This document shows positions 29,879 through 38,889 of a DNA stretch of 64,000 bases, piece by piece. The stretch is from positions 882,376 to 946,375 of the forward strand of contig JAMPAZ010000001.1 in NCBI GenBank assembly GCA_023666965.1, read 5' to 3'. This DNA is from Muribaculum sp. Its GTDB lineage: Bacteria; Bacteroidota; Bacteroidia; Bacteroidales; Muribaculaceae. Position numbers and translations under genes: made by a program. Each line of letters opens with the position of its first letter. The stretch's first letter is position 1. The notes below the pieces were generated by a model. It did no database searches. It was not told the origin of the DNA and saw only the letters and a program-made list of their open reading frames with translations.

Positions 29879-31183
29879 ATGGATCTGAAAAAGTGTGCCG
29901 TTGTAGAGATGGCAATGATGATTGGAGCGTTTGCCGCTACGGCGCAGGCGTGGGATTTAGAGCAATGTGTCGATTATGCCCTTGACCATAACATCACGAT
30001 TAAGCAACGTATGGCCGATATTGAGTCGTCGGAAATCAGCGTTGCTTCGGCCAAGTCGGGCTATCTACCATCGGTCAGCGCCGGTGTCAGCCAGTCGTGG
30101 AGTTTGGGCCGAGGATTGACTGCGGAAAATACATACGCCAACCGAAATACATCGAGCACGTCGTGGAATGCTTCGCTGAATCTGCCGTTGTTCGACGGAC
30201 TGTCGACACCTCGTCAGGTTAGCTATGCTAAGGCCAACCTGGCCGCCACTCTCGAACAATTTGAAGCGGCGAAGGAGAATGTCACACTCAATGTCATCAC
30301 CGCTTATCTGCAGGTGTTGTACAATAAGGAATTGCACGAGGTGGCCATGAACCAGGTGGAACTGTCGAAATATGAACTTAATAGGCAGACCGCATTGCTT
30401 GAAGCCGGTAAAATTCCGGAGATAGACATGCTTGAGGCTCAGTCGCAACTGGCGCAGGACGAATTGAGCGCGGCCACATCGGCCAATGATACGAGGTTGT
30501 CGCTTTTAGACTTGGCTCAATTGCTTGAACTTGACGAAATCGAAGGGTTCGACATTCAGCCTTTGAAAGATGAAAGTATGCTGTTGGCATCCCCGGAGGA
30601 TGTCTATGCTCAGGCACTTAACATAAACCATGGACTTAAGGCGGCCAGAAGCAATATATTCGCTGCTGAAAGAAGCATAAGCGTGGCTAAATCCGGCTAT
30701 ATGCCGAGGCTGTCGTTCAATGCCGGGATCGGAAGTAGCTATTTTACTATGAGCGGCGCGGACAATGAGCCTTTTCGGAAGCAGATGAAGAACAACTACA
30801 GTACGAACTTCGGACTGTCGCTCAGCATCCCGATTTTCGATGCGCTGTCGACTCACAATTCCATCCGCAGGGCAAAAGTGCAGCACATAGCGGCTCAGTT
30901 GCAGTATGAAGAGGCTGAACAGAATCTCTATAAAACCATCCAACAGGCTTATTACCAGGCCGACGGAGCACATAAAAGATTGAAGGCAAGCGAGACGGCA
31001 AGCGCTACCGCCGATGCCGCTTTTGAGGCAATGCGTGAAAAGTACAATATCGGGCGCGCTACTCCGACTGAGTACGAGCAGGCCAAGACCCGTGCTCTCC
31101 GCGCAAAGGCCGAGAGCATACAGGCAAAATATGAGATGATAATGCGCACGCGCATTCTCGACTTTTATGCCCGGGGATTCTAA
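29879..31183 (+). CDS. TolC family outer membrane channel
   Basis: LEQCVDYALDHN; duplicated AKSGYLP/AKSGYMP and LPLFDG/IPIFD repeats. Confidence 0.92.
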   Translation: MDLKKCAVVEMAMMIGAFAATAQAWDLEQCVDYALDHNITIKQRMADIESSEISVASAKSGYLPSVSAGVSQSWSLGRGLTAENTYANRNTSSTSWNASLNLPLFDGLSTPRQVSYAKANLAATLEQFEAAKENVTLNVITAYLQVLYNKELHEVAMNQVELSKYELNRQTALLEAGKIPEIDMLEAQSQLAQDELSAATSANDTRLSLLDLAQLLELDEIEGFDIQPLKDESMLLASPEDVYAQALNINHGLKAARSNIFAAERSISVAKSGYMPRLSFNAGIGSSYFTMSGADNEPFRKQMKNNYSTNFGLSLSIPIFDALSTHNSIRRAKVQHIAAQLQYEEAEQNLYKTIQQAYYQADGAHKRLKASETASATADAAFEAMREKYNIGRATPTEYEQAKTRALRAKAESIQAKYEMIMRTRILDFYARGF

Positions 31184-31214
31184 TAAATATTAACAGGTTA
31201 ACAGATAGAAAAGT

Positions 31215-32063
31215 ATGCTTAAAATAAACGATTTGACATTCAGCTACTCGCGTAAGAAGCCTCCGGTATTGGAGCACTTTAATCTTGAGCTTGAACCGGG
31301 AGGCATCTACGGCCTCCTGGGCCGCAATGGGGCAGGGAAGTCCACGCTGCTGTACTTGATCTGCGGGCTTCTTACACCGAAATCAGGCGAAGTGACCTAT
31401 AAGGGAGTGAACACCCGTAAGCGCCGCGTGGCTACGTTGAACGATATGTTCATTGTGCCGGAAGAATTTTCTTTCCCGTCGATCAGTCTGAGGCAGTATG
31501 TAAATATTAATTCTCGGTTTTATCCTAAATTCTCGCAGTCAGATCTGGAAACCCATCTTGCGAAGTTCGACATGCCTCACGACATTAACTTGGGTTCTTT
31601 GTCAATGGGGCAGAAAAAGAAAGCTTATATGTGCTTTGCTCTCGCGTGCAACACATCGCTTCTGCTGATGGACGAGCCGACTAACGGGCTTGACATACCA
31701 GGTAAAAATTCGTTCCGGAGTTTCATTGCTTCCGTAATCAATGAAGAGCGGACGATTGTCATCTCTACCCATCAAGTCAGGGATATAGACAGCATTCTGG
31801 ACCATGTAATCATCATGGACAACCGGGGTGCGCTGCTTAATGAGTCGGTGGCATCGATAGCTCAACGTCTGCTGTTTACCACTACCGACAGTCCGGCAGT
31901 CGCATCTAATGCATTGTATTCAATGGCTTCTTTGGGCGGTTATTCTGTGATATTACCTAATGACGGAAGCCGAGAAACAGACATTAATCTCGAGACGCTG
32001 TTCGAGCTGGCATTGAGCCACCCGGACGTGTTAAGTGGCATCTTTAATAAAGAAAGAGTTTGA
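31215..32063 (+). CDS. ABC transporter ATP-binding protein (YtrB-like)
   Basis: GRNGAGKST, LSMGQKKK, MDEPTNGLD and ISTHQ motifs. Confidence 0.9.
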   Translation: MLKINDLTFSYSRKKPPVLEHFNLELEPGGIYGLLGRNGAGKSTLLYLICGLLTPKSGEVTYKGVNTRKRRVATLNDMFIVPEEFSFPSISLRQYVNINSRFYPKFSQSDLETHLAKFDMPHDINLGSLSMGQKKKAYMCFALACNTSLLLMDEPTNGLDIPGKNSFRSFIASVINEERTIVISTHQVRDIDSILDHVIIMDNRGALLNESVASIAQRLLFTTTDSPAVASNALYSMASLGGYSVILPNDGSRETDINLETLFELALSHPDVLSGIFNKERV

Positions 32064-32066
32064 GAT

Positions 32067-32840
32067 ATGAAATTATTGCAAAATTTCGGATATACATTCC
32101 GCAAATATCTGCGGGAAAATATGAAGTCGCTGTTGATAAAGTCGGCCGGTCTGTTGGCTATATTGTGCATCGTGGCCTTGTGGATCGGGTATTTATATAA
32201 CACTGATGAGAGGTATGAAGCGTACGACTGTGCACATGGGAATGAGCTTATATTCTTCACGATCATTTTGATGTTTGTCGCGCTGGCAAGTGCCTCCGGA
32301 TCCATGTCGATAATGTCGACCAAGGAGGACAGAGTGTCGACGCTGATGGTGCCTTCGACCATGCTGTCGAAATTCATAACGGTGTGGATTGTCAACGTGC
32401 CTCTTGCAGTGGCGGTGTTTATCGCATTTGCCTTTGTGGCCGACTTAGTCCGCTTTTTAGTATATGCTCCATTTGTGTCCGTGACAGGTGCAAGAGTAGA
32501 AATCTTTTCGCTGTCAGAAATAGGGCATGACTCGGCCAATGTATTCTTTATAATATTGGTTATCGGTCAGGCGGTGTTCATGCTCGGAAGTACAATTTGG
32601 AATAAGCGTGCATTCTTAATGACCATAGTGGCGCTTGTGCTGACAGGTGCCGTGTGCGTATTGCTTGCACGGTTGGGCTTTTCGCTTACGGTTGCGGATT
32701 CGCCGTATTACTATACGGATGGCCCCAACATAGAGCCGCAATGGTGGATGGCGTGGGTGCCGGCGTGCATTGTCAGTCTTGGCCTTTATGTGCTGACATA
32801 CTTCAGATTTAAAGAAAGTGAGATAATAAATCGCTGGTGA
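32067..32840 (+). CDS. Six-TM membrane protein, probable ABC-2 type permease
   Basis: Six hydrophobic segments; LMVPSTMLSKF and YFRFKESEI tail; lies between the ATPase and GntR genes. Confidence 0.7.
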   Translation: MKLLQNFGYTFRKYLRENMKSLLIKSAGLLAILCIVALWIGYLYNTDERYEAYDCAHGNELIFFTIILMFVALASASGSMSIMSTKEDRVSTLMVPSTMLSKFITVWIVNVPLAVAVFIAFAFVADLVRFLVYAPFVSVTGARVEIFSLSEIGHDSANVFFIILVIGQAVFMLGSTIWNKRAFLMTIVALVLTGAVCVLLARLGFSLTVADSPYYYTDGPNIEPQWWMAWVPACIVSLGLYVLTYFRFKESEIINRW

Positions 32841-32841
32841 T

Positions 32842-33213
32842 ATGAACTTTAAAGAAAACAATAAAGCGATATATCTTCAGATAGCCGATAAGATATGTGA
32901 TGACATACTGCTTGGCACGTACACACCCGGAGGACGGCTGCCGTCGGTGCGGGAGTATGCGGCAATGGTGCAGGTCAACGCCAATACCGTTATGCGGTCG
33001 TACGAGCATCTGTCGTCATTAGGGGTGATCTTCAATAAGCGCGGAATAGGCTTTTTTGTGTCTGAGGACGCTATTGAAAATGTGACGCGGATGAGACGCA
33101 CTTATTTTTTGGAGAGTGAGATTACTGAGATTTTTCATCAGCTGCGTCTGCTCGGTGTTTCGGCCGACGAGCTTAAGGATATGTATAAAAAATATTGCGA
33201 AAACAATAATTGA
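32842..33213 (+). CDS. GntR family regulator (YtrA subfamily)
   Basis: IYLQIAD, LPSVRE.A....VNANTV.R.Y and RGIGFFV; 123 aa. Confidence 0.93.
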   Translation: MNFKENNKAIYLQIADKICDDILLGTYTPGGRLPSVREYAAMVQVNANTVMRSYEHLSSLGVIFNKRGIGFFVSEDAIENVTRMRRTYFLESEITEIFHQLRLLGVSADELKDMYKKYCENNN

Positions 33214-33215
33214 AT

Positions 33216-34094
33216 ATGAAGACTACATCATACATAATAACAGGTCTTGTAGCTGCCGTAGCCGTGTTGGCCTTTGCCGGGGGGATGTTGATGGGAGCAG
33301 AAACCGCTCCGATGATGCAGGAGAAAGAGCCTACGGACATTTCAGGCGAGCTTGAGTCGATTCAGATGGAACGATTCTCGGCGATAGACGTCAAGATGTA
33401 TCGGTATTGTGATTCATTGCGGGTGTCATTTATCATTGATCCTGAAATCATAGTAAAGGAGGATGCGGAGGCAGAGGGTCCACGGATTGAGATGAATGCA
33501 GACTGGACAAAGTATCTGACTTTACAGCAGTCGGCCGACAGTCTGACGATATGCTTTGACTTTCATGAACTCTTGCCCGGGAAAACATTTACCGACAATG
33601 CTGAACGCGGATGGTGGAGATTCAAACATGAATTTTTTGCCCAGCCGATTACGATTTATGTTCCGCCAAAAATGCTTATGTCAGTTAATCAGAACAAAAA
33701 AGATGTACCGTTTTCTTTTAAGTCGCTACGTTCGGACTCTTTGGCCTTAAACCATTTGGCGAACGTTAGTTTTATGAACTGTCGGATAAGTACATTGGCA
33801 TTTTCAGGCGAATGGTCGTCGGGAGATATAAAAGTAAACTTAGCCGAAACGGAGATAGACCGATTAAATGTGAATGCATGTCCAGGCACTGTTTCGATTA
33901 ACGGGGCAGACTCTTCCGTAGGTAAGCTGGTATGGACTGCGGCGGCATCGAAAATAGATAGACATGCTACATTGAAGGCTAATGAGAATCTGATACACGA
34001 TGTGGAATGGGTCAATAGATTCAACGACGATCCGCTGACATACAAGTTGACAGTGCAGCCTACAGAGTACGGGTTTAAGGTGGATACAGAGTAG
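33216..34094 (+). CDS. Hypothetical membrane-anchored protein
   Basis: MKTTSYIITGL followed by a TM helix and a beta-rich soluble domain; no family recognised. Confidence 0.7.
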   Translation: MKTTSYIITGLVAAVAVLAFAGGMLMGAETAPMMQEKEPTDISGELESIQMERFSAIDVKMYRYCDSLRVSFIIDPEIIVKEDAEAEGPRIEMNADWTKYLTLQQSADSLTICFDFHELLPGKTFTDNAERGWWRFKHEFFAQPITIYVPPKMLMSVNQNKKDVPFSFKSLRSDSLALNHLANVSFMNCRISTLAFSGEWSSGDIKVNLAETEIDRLNVNACPGTVSINGADSSVGKLVWTAAASKIDRHATLKANENLIHDVEWVNRFNDDPLTYKLTVQPTEYGFKVDTE

Positions 34095-34120
34095 AGAGTT
34101 CCAAAGGTGTTTTTATAATG

Positions 34121-34166
34121 ATTCCGCCCGCATAGTCCATTAAGACCGTGTGGGCGGAATAATCTT
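34121..34166. terminator. Probable bidirectional terminator between the ABC operon and rprY
   Basis: Hairpin attccgcccgcatagtc / gaccgtgtgggcggaat between convergent genes. Confidence 0.65.
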
Positions 34167-34184
34167 TTCAGTCAGCAGAGAAAT

Positions 34185-34895
34185 TTACTTTGCTTTGACT
34201 TCAACCTCCGGAGCTATAAGCTTGTAGCCTTTGCCGTGAATGTTGATGATTTCGATTGACGGATCGTCTTTAAGATGTTTACGCAACTTGGTGATGTAGA
34301 CGTCCATAGAGCGTGCGTTGAAGTAGTTGTCGTCAATCCAAATGGTCTTAAGTGCGAAATTACGCTCAAGGATTTCATTGACATGTGCGCAGAGTAGGCT
34401 AAGAAGCTCACTCTCTTTGGTGGTCAGCTTAGTCACTTTGTCGTCAATCATAAGAACCTGCTTTTGGGTGTCGAATGTGAAGCGCCCAATCTTGTACATT
34501 GTGATCTCCTTTCCTTTTTTGCCTTTTACGCGGCGGAGTATGGCCTCGATACGGAAAACGAGTTCTTCCATCGAGAACGGCTTGGTGATATAGTCGTCGG
34601 CTCCGATCTTGAATCCCTCCAGAATGTCCTCCTTAAGCGATTTGGCTGTAAGGAAGATGATAGGAATCTCAGAATTGACGGTGCGAATCTCCTGAGCCAG
34701 GGCGAAACCGTCCTTTTTAGGCATCATCACGTCAAGCACGCAGAGGTCGTACTTGCCTTTAAGAAAGGCTTTGTAGCCGGCTTCGCCGTCGGGGAACAAA
34801 TCCGCGTTGAACCCTTTTGCTTGAAGATATTCTCTCAGCAACATGCCAAGGTTTTCGTCATCTTCGCATAATAAAATACGCAAACGTTCTTCCAT
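34185..34895 (-). CDS. rprY: OmpR-family response regulator RprY
   Basis: ILLCEDDENLGMLLREYL, DVMMP, KPFS and RSMDVYITKLRK, matching Bacteroidales RprY. Confidence 0.9.
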   Translation of the reverse strand: MEERLRILLCEDDENLGMLLREYLQAKGFNADLFPDGEAGYKAFLKGKYDLCVLDVMMPKKDGFALAQEIRTVNSEIPIIFLTAKSLKEDILEGFKIGADDYITKPFSMEELVFRIEAILRRVKGKKGKEITMYKIGRFTFDTQKQVLMIDDKVTKLTTKESELLSLLCAHVNEILERNFALKTIWIDDNYFNARSMDVYITKLRKHLKDDPSIEIINIHGKGYKLIAPEVEVKAK

Positions 34896-34901
34896 AATAG
34901 T

Positions 34902-36425
34902 TTAATTTATTGTAAGTGGTAAAGTAATAATAAAAGTAGAACCGGTGCCAAGCTCGCTCTCGACACGTATGTCGCCGCCAAGCTCGCGCACCATTTTATG
35001 CACGTAGGCCAGTCCCAGACCGAACCCCTTCACATCGTGACGGTTACCGGTCGAGACCCGATAGAATTTTTCAAAAATCTTCTTTAAATCCTCACGCTTT
35101 ATTCCGATTCCGTTGTCGGAAATGCGGATTTCAAGTCGGTTGCCTGATATGTCGGCTGACGAGATTTTCAGTTGCAGGGGAATATCCTCACGACGATATT
35201 TCACAGCGTTGTCGAGCAGATTAAAGATGACATTGGTGAAATGCATTTCGTCGACTTCGACAAGGGCATTCATGGCGGCGAGGTCGGTGGTGATGTGTCC
35301 GCCGTAAGATTCGACTTTCAGCTTGAATGTGCTGACGATATTGGCGATGGCCTTATTGGCGTCAATCTCTTGTAGACGCAATGTGGCTTTCTGTCGGTCG
35401 AACATGGACATTTGAAGGACCTTTTCGACTTGGAAGCGCAGACGCTTTGTCTCGTCGTTTATGACGGTGGAGATGTGCTGCATCATCGCGGGCGATTTGC
35501 GCACCGTGTCGTCGTTGAGCATCTGTGCGGCGAGAGATATTGACGAAATCGGAGTTTTGAACTCATGTGTCATGTTGTTGATAAAGTCGTTCTTCATCTC
35601 CGTCAGACGCTTTTGCTTAAAAGCGATGATGATGGTGTAGAGGAACACTATCAACAGGATCAGTGTGAATATAAGGGAGGGAATCATAAACTTTATTGAC
35701 GACATCACGTAGTTGTGCTTTGTCGGGAAGTAGACCTTTATGTAGTTCATCCGGTTGGCCGGGTCGTTAGGGAAAAGTGTCTGCACGAACAGATTGTCTT
35801 TTCCGATGTGTGCGGCATCGTAACCGGCACTTTTATAGATAGTGCGACCGGCGCGGTTGACTACGGCGAATTCAAACGGGATGTCGAGGCCGTTGTTTTC
35901 GAACTCCGACTTTAGATATCCGGCGACTGTAGCCGAATCGGCTCGTTCCTGTATCGGACGGTTGCTTGACTGGCTGAGTATGTTGAGAATAACTTCGTCG
36001 AGCAGCCCCTTTTGGTATAGATACTGACCTTTAATGGTCTCCTGCATGTTGCGGTAGCGTTCGGCATTGGTTTGGCTAATGTCGTTCGGACTCGTAGCCC
36101 CCTTAATGCCGCGAATTGTCACGTCGGCCTGCAAGCCGTCGGGCATGGTTAGAGAGAAATTGGAACTCCCGTTTTTTTCGATGGCGGTTGGGGCCTGTGA
36201 ATATATTGTGGCCTCAATAGCGGCGGCATCTTCTTCGAGGTAGTGGCGAGTCTCGTCCTGCTCGAGTTTACTTGACACGGCGTAAAGGCTTCTGCGGACA
36301 CCTTCGTTAAACTGGTCGTCGCGCATACGAATCATGTTCTTCATATACATTACCTGTATATAAAGCAAGCCACAGAATGTCAAGGCCATTATAATCGTTA
36401 GAAACCAAATCGTCGTTTTCTTCAT
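34902..36425 (-). CDS. rprX: Sensor histidine kinase RprX
   Basis: Two TM helices; H-box NMTHEFKTP, NLLDNAVKY, DNGIG and GFGLGL; upstream of rprY. Confidence 0.88.
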   Translation of the reverse strand: MKKTTIWFLTIIMALTFCGLLYIQVMYMKNMIRMRDDQFNEGVRRSLYAVSSKLEQDETRHYLEEDAAAIEATIYSQAPTAIEKNGSSNFSLTMPDGLQADVTIRGIKGATSPNDISQTNAERYRNMQETIKGQYLYQKGLLDEVILNILSQSSNRPIQERADSATVAGYLKSEFENNGLDIPFEFAVVNRAGRTIYKSAGYDAAHIGKDNLFVQTLFPNDPANRMNYIKVYFPTKHNYVMSSIKFMIPSLIFTLILLIVFLYTIIIAFKQKRLTEMKNDFINNMTHEFKTPISSISLAAQMLNDDTVRKSPAMMQHISTVINDETKRLRFQVEKVLQMSMFDRQKATLRLQEIDANKAIANIVSTFKLKVESYGGHITTDLAAMNALVEVDEMHFTNVIFNLLDNAVKYRREDIPLQLKISSADISGNRLEIRISDNGIGIKREDLKKIFEKFYRVSTGNRHDVKGFGLGLAYVHKMVRELGGDIRVESELGTGSTFIITLPLTIN

Positions 36426-36723
36426 AATTTACAGTAGAAGCTGCTTTAGACTTCTTTTATATTATATAACATTAACAATTGATAGCGTTAATTGTTTTAC
36501 AACTTTCATATAAATCGTTGTAGCGTTCAATTAACATTCAATTGCAAAATTAACATAAATGGGTTGTAAACCAAAATTCAACGGCAAAAAATGTGCGTAT
36601 TTAAGCATAAGTTTTAGAAATTAATACAGATTTTAATCTCGTTTAAAGAGTTTTTTTGTCGAAATATGGCTTAAGCTGATAAAAAAATTTCAAACAATTT
36701 CTTAAATCACTATCTTTGCCAAG

Positions 36724-37581
36724 ATGAAACATATTGAAGAAAATAGAAATGCCGGGCCGATCGGAGTGTTTGATTCCGGATACGGCGGCCTCTCAGTGCT
36801 ACGCGAGATACAGCGTAGGCTTCCCCAATACGACTATCTATATTTAGGAGACAACGCCCGCGCCCCATACGGGACGCGCTCGTTTGAGATAGTCTATAAG
36901 TTTACTCTTGAAGCTGTGAAATATATGTTTGAACGAGGCTGTCGTCTGGTGATATTGGCGTGTAATACGGCTTCAGCGAAGGCTCTACGTTCGATACAGC
37001 AAAACGACCTTCCGGAACTTGATCCCACAAGGCGCGTGTTAGGGGTGATTCGTCCTACGGTTGAAAAGGTCGGGGAGGTGACGCAGACGGGACATATTGG
37101 ATTGGTCGGTACTCCCGGAACTGTTAAAAGCGGAAGCTATGAAATGGAGATAGCCAAGTTGCATCCTGATTATTGTCTGTATTCACAGCCATGTCCTATG
37201 TGGGTGCCGTTGGTTGAGTATAAGGAGTTTGATTCGCCCGGAGCCGACTATTTTGTTAAGCAAGAATTGGATCGTCTTATGTCGCGCCAGCAGGCAATCG
37301 ACACATTGATTCTGGGCTGCACGCATTACCCGCTACTGTATGATAAAATTGTTAAGTATGTTCCTGCGGGGGTCAAGATAATTTCTCAGGGAAAAATTAC
37401 GGCCGACAGTCTCGCCGATTATCTCAAGCGTCATCCGGAGATGGAGGTGCGGTGTTCAAAAGGGGGCGTTACTACGTATATGACTACGGAGAATCCTGAA
37501 AAGTTTGCCGATTTGGCATCTGTGTTTCTTGATCGGAGTGTAGAGGCGGTTCATGCGGATATTTCCAGTTCGACATGTTGA
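36724..37581 (+). CDS. murI: Glutamate racemase
   Basis: FDSGYGG, PYG, ACNTAS and LGCTHY motifs. Confidence 0.97.
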   Translation: MKHIEENRNAGPIGVFDSGYGGLSVLREIQRRLPQYDYLYLGDNARAPYGTRSFEIVYKFTLEAVKYMFERGCRLVILACNTASAKALRSIQQNDLPELDPTRRVLGVIRPTVEKVGEVTQTGHIGLVGTPGTVKSGSYEMEIAKLHPDYCLYSQPCPMWVPLVEYKEFDSPGADYFVKQELDRLMSRQQAIDTLILGCTHYPLLYDKIVKYVPAGVKIISQGKITADSLADYLKRHPEMEVRCSKGGVTTYMTTENPEKFADLASVFLDRSVEAVHADISSSTC

Positions 37582-37597
37582 CATAGTGTATATCAGT

Positions 37598-37646
37598 AAA
37601 ATATTTAGGGGATTGCAGCATCGCTGCAATCCCCTAAAATATTTTT
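37598..37646. terminator. Bidirectional intrinsic terminator between murI and skp
   Basis: Perfect 16-bp stem tttaggggattgcagc-atc-gctgcaatcccctaaa, flanked by A/T tracts. Confidence 0.85.
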
Positions 37647-37671
37647 AGTCATCTATTAAATGCTATCAGCT

Positions 37672-38172
37672 TTATTGGAGTCCAAGGCTTGTCTTTACCA
37701 ACGGGGTGATGTCGATGACATCTTCTCCGGTGTAAATAGGCATGGTGTTTTCAAAAACAAAAGTTAGGCTGTTTTCTTTCCCGACAGCATTGATCGCGTT
37801 AGTCACCTTGTCGATTACCGGACCCATGAGCTGTTGCTGCTGACGTTGGAGATCCTGAGATGCTGTCATACGGAACTGTTCAAGTTTATTGTATAGGTCC
37901 TGAATTTCTTGCTGACGGCGCTGTTTGATAGACTCGGGAGTAGAAGCGTCAAGAGCCTGGAAATCGGCATATTCCTTGTTCATCTGTTCTTGAAGTTTCT
38001 GGAATTCATCTTCATACTTCTTAGAAGCTGCTTCGATTTGTTCGTTCACGGTCTTGACATCCGGCATGGCCTCCAGGACAGCTTGGGTGTTGACTACGCC
38101 GAATTTGGGAGACTGGGCAACGGCAAGCATAGGTAATGCCACGAGGATGGCAAGCAAAATTTTCTTCATCAT
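37672..38172 (-). CDS. OmpH/Skp periplasmic chaperone
   Basis: Signal peptide, KFGVVN, long coiled coil and DITPLV tail. Confidence 0.9.
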   Translation of the reverse strand: MMKKILLAILVALPMLAVAQSPKFGVVNTQAVLEAMPDVKTVNEQIEAASKKYEDEFQKLQEQMNKEYADFQALDASTPESIKQRRQQEIQDLYNKLEQFRMTASQDLQRQQQQLMGPVIDKVTNAINAVGKENSLTFVFENTMPIYTGEDVIDITPLVKTSLGLQ

Positions 38173-38295
38173 ATTAAGTTGTGAGTTTGTTAAAATTTCT
38201 CGGTTAAGTTAAAAATGTTGCGCAAAGATAAGAAACTAGGGGGATATATGCTAATGTAATTGCACAAAAAAGATTAACGAGTCAGTAAAAACGCG

Positions 38296-38811
38296 TTATT
38301 TCCCATACCCCATCTTTGTCAAAACCTCATTGCTGACGTCTATACGCGGTGAGGCGAAGATTATGTTTGCTGATGAGGCTCTGTCGAATATGCATTGATA
38401 ACCGCGTTCTTCGCTGACTTTTTTAACGGCGTTGTATATTTCGTCTTGAATAGGCTGCATGAGTGTCTGGCGCTTTTTATAAAGCTCTCCTTCGGGACCG
38501 AAGTACTTGTAGCGGAGTTCTGTCGCTTCTTTTTCTTTAGCGACAATCTCGGCTTCTTTTTTTGTCTTTTGTTCGTCGGTCATGAACACCATGTCGGCTT
38601 GAAAGTTTTTGTACATGTTTTGAGCCTCAGTGGCTTTGGCCTCGACCTCTTTCTGCCAACGTTGCGAAATCTGATTAAGCTGTTCGTTGGCCATTTCGTA
38701 AGAGGGTATATTTTTCAGGATATATTCCATGTCAATCAAGGCAAACTTCTGTGCCGATGCTCCGAAAGCGCACGCGAAAATCATAAAGAGTGCGAATGTC
38801 AATTTTTTCAT
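38296..38811 (-). CDS. OmpH/Skp periplasmic chaperone
   Basis: AQKFALIDMEYIL, FGPEGEL and IDVSNEVL motifs. Confidence 0.92.
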   Translation of the reverse strand: MKKLTFALFMIFACAFGASAQKFALIDMEYILKNIPSYEMANEQLNQISQRWQKEVEAKATEAQNMYKNFQADMVFMTDEQKTKKEAEIVAKEKEATELRYKYFGPEGELYKKRQTLMQPIQDEIYNAVKKVSEERGYQCIFDRASSANIIFASPRIDVSNEVLTKMGYGK

Positions 38812-38889
38812 CGTAGTCGTTTTTAATTGGTTGTTATATGGTAATATGACGCGGAAGTATGGTCAATGGTTTATTTTAATTATGATTTT

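Noticed and set aside
37672-38811. Tandem skp/ompH duplication
   Set aside because: Normal arrangement downstream of bamA in Bacteroidales.
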